Source of the DNA: Candidatus Saccharimonadota bacterium
GTDB taxonomy: Bacteria; Patescibacteriota; Gracilibacteria; BD1-5; UBA6164
Direction of reading: 5' to 3'
Length of the DNA stretch: 32,000 bases
NCBI GenBank assembly: GCA_965229705.1
Contig: OZ245922.1
Span: forward strand, 330,001-362,000
Below are positions 31,498 to 32,000 of the stretch, in pieces. Every line of letters begins with the position of its first letter. The stretch's first letter is position 1. A program made the position numbers and the translations under genes. The notes under the pieces are model-generated. The model was not told the origin of the DNA and did no database searches. It worked only from the letters and a program-made list of their open reading frames with translations.

Positions 31498-31797
31498 ATG
31501 CAAATACCAAAGGAAAAATTTCAAGATCTTCTCCGTTCATGAGAATATATACTCCTGGATGTTCGTACGTTTCATGAGCAGGAAACCCATGGAGTGATAT
31601 CACAAGAACAAATACATATAGATATTATGGAAACTGATGCTTCGGAAAAAATCAAAAATCTTGACCATCAAAAAAAATACCTCATCTATTGCTGGCATGG
31701 CAGGAGAAGTGCGACAACAAGAGAATATATGCAGGCTCATGGTTTTAAGAATGTGTATGATCTCCAGTGAGGAATAGATGCTTGGAAAGAGCTTTAA
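31498..31797 (+). CDS. single-domain rhodanese-like sulfurtransferase (99 aa)
   Basis: ATG 31498 (6 nt after the miaB stop), TAA 31795-31797. Motifs: YILLDVRTFHEQETHG...; active-site loop YCWHGRRS; AHGFKNVYDLQ-G-GIDAW. Confidence 0.75.
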
Positions 31798-31804
31798 AAA
31801 AATT

Positions 31805-31843
31805 CTGAGAAAGGCATTTTTATTTTTCGAGACCGGTCTCGAG
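31805..31843 (+). repeat. palindromic repeat element, short intergenic copy
   Basis: ctgagaaaggcatttttatttttcgagaccggtctcgag contains the perfect 16-nt palindrome tcgagaccggtctcga and shares head and palindrome with 10791-10886 and 22547-22585 (rc). Confidence 0.8.
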
Positions 31844-31934
31844 TTCATTATTTTAAGTGTAAGAAACTCTAGGGTTGTTTACACTTTTGGATAATCTGTA
31901 CAGCAGAATATTTTAGAAGTTAAACATAAAGGAA

Positions 31935-32000
31935 ATGAATATACATAAACGAACAAGGCTCACTGAAATGCAAAGAAAAGATATATGGGAGAAATATAAA
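31935..32000 (+). CDS. possible IS481-family transposase, N-terminal 22 codons only (runs off the right edge)
   Basis: ATG 31935: MNIHKRTRLTEMQRKDIWEKYK. The M-N-x-H-K-x-x-R-L-T opening resembles the N-terminal HTH region of IS481-type transposases. The fragment is too short to be sure. Confidence 0.3.
   Translation, partial: MNIHKRTRLTEMQRKDIWEKYK

Noticed and set aside
1-32000. Interpreting the fragmented ORFs as pervasive pseudogenisation or frameshift-ridden low-quality sequence
   Set aside because: The fragments of each gene all lie in the same frame, so there are no frameshifts. The interruptions are exclusively TGA, never TAA or TAG, and they coincide with conserved Gly positions.
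1-32000. TGA read as Trp (table 4, Mycoplasma-type) as the alternative recoding
   Set aside because: In-frame TGA sits where homologs have invariant Gly (GG in Lgt, G-CP in Dus, G-AAPG in RlmE, FGKG in S41, GFxGET in MiaB, NFG in PolA). Trp is separately encoded by TGG (for example the YIW and KW contexts). Trp at these positions would destroy the motifs.

Overview
AT-rich bacterial chromosomal window (roughly one-third G+C by eye). It only makes sense if TGA is read as glycine, i.e. translation table 25 (SR1/Absconditabacteria and Gracilibacteria). The supplied standard-code ORF track cuts every recognisable gene at TGA. Reading TGA as sense, I walked the frames codon by codon and recovered about 25 mostly full-length CDS, and every CDS whose 3' end lies in the window ends in TAA or TAG. 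In order they are: a 40-aa tandem-repeat protein (partial), dus, a GT-B C-terminal-like ORF overlapping a small GNAT, topA, a 1326-aa ORFan, a CDP-alcohol phosphatidyltransferase, lgt, an M23/LytM peptidase with a PG-binding domain, a 66-aa ORF, a 33-aa (99-bp) tandem-repeat protein, an 825-aa ORFan, ftsK, a duplicated thioredoxin-fold lipoprotein, rlmE, a CvpA-like membrane protein, a small lipoprotein, trhO, ndk, a polymerase-domain-only polA, two small ORFs, an S41 C-terminal processing peptidase, miaB, a single-domain rhodanese, and the first 22 codons of a possible IS481-like transposase. Findings worth a second look: (1) the recoding itself; (2) a complete HAD/NT5C-like phosphatase domain nested in frame inside the radical-SAM core of MiaB; (3) a modular palindromic repeat family (core TCGAGACCGGTCTCGA) with four intergenic copies and one copy translated in frame inside rlmE, reminiscent of Rickettsia palindromic elements; (4) a PolA lacking the 5'-nuclease domain and Exo I/II; (5) two highly repetitive genes with perfect recent duplications, one of which produces a long decoy ORF on the wrong strand under the standard code; (6) near-universal absence of Shine-Dalgarno motifs, with one SD-bearing, TGA-free lipoprotein gene as the exception. 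No rRNA, tRNA or CRISPR array was seen. All coordinates were derived by hand, and start codons are less certain than frames and stops.
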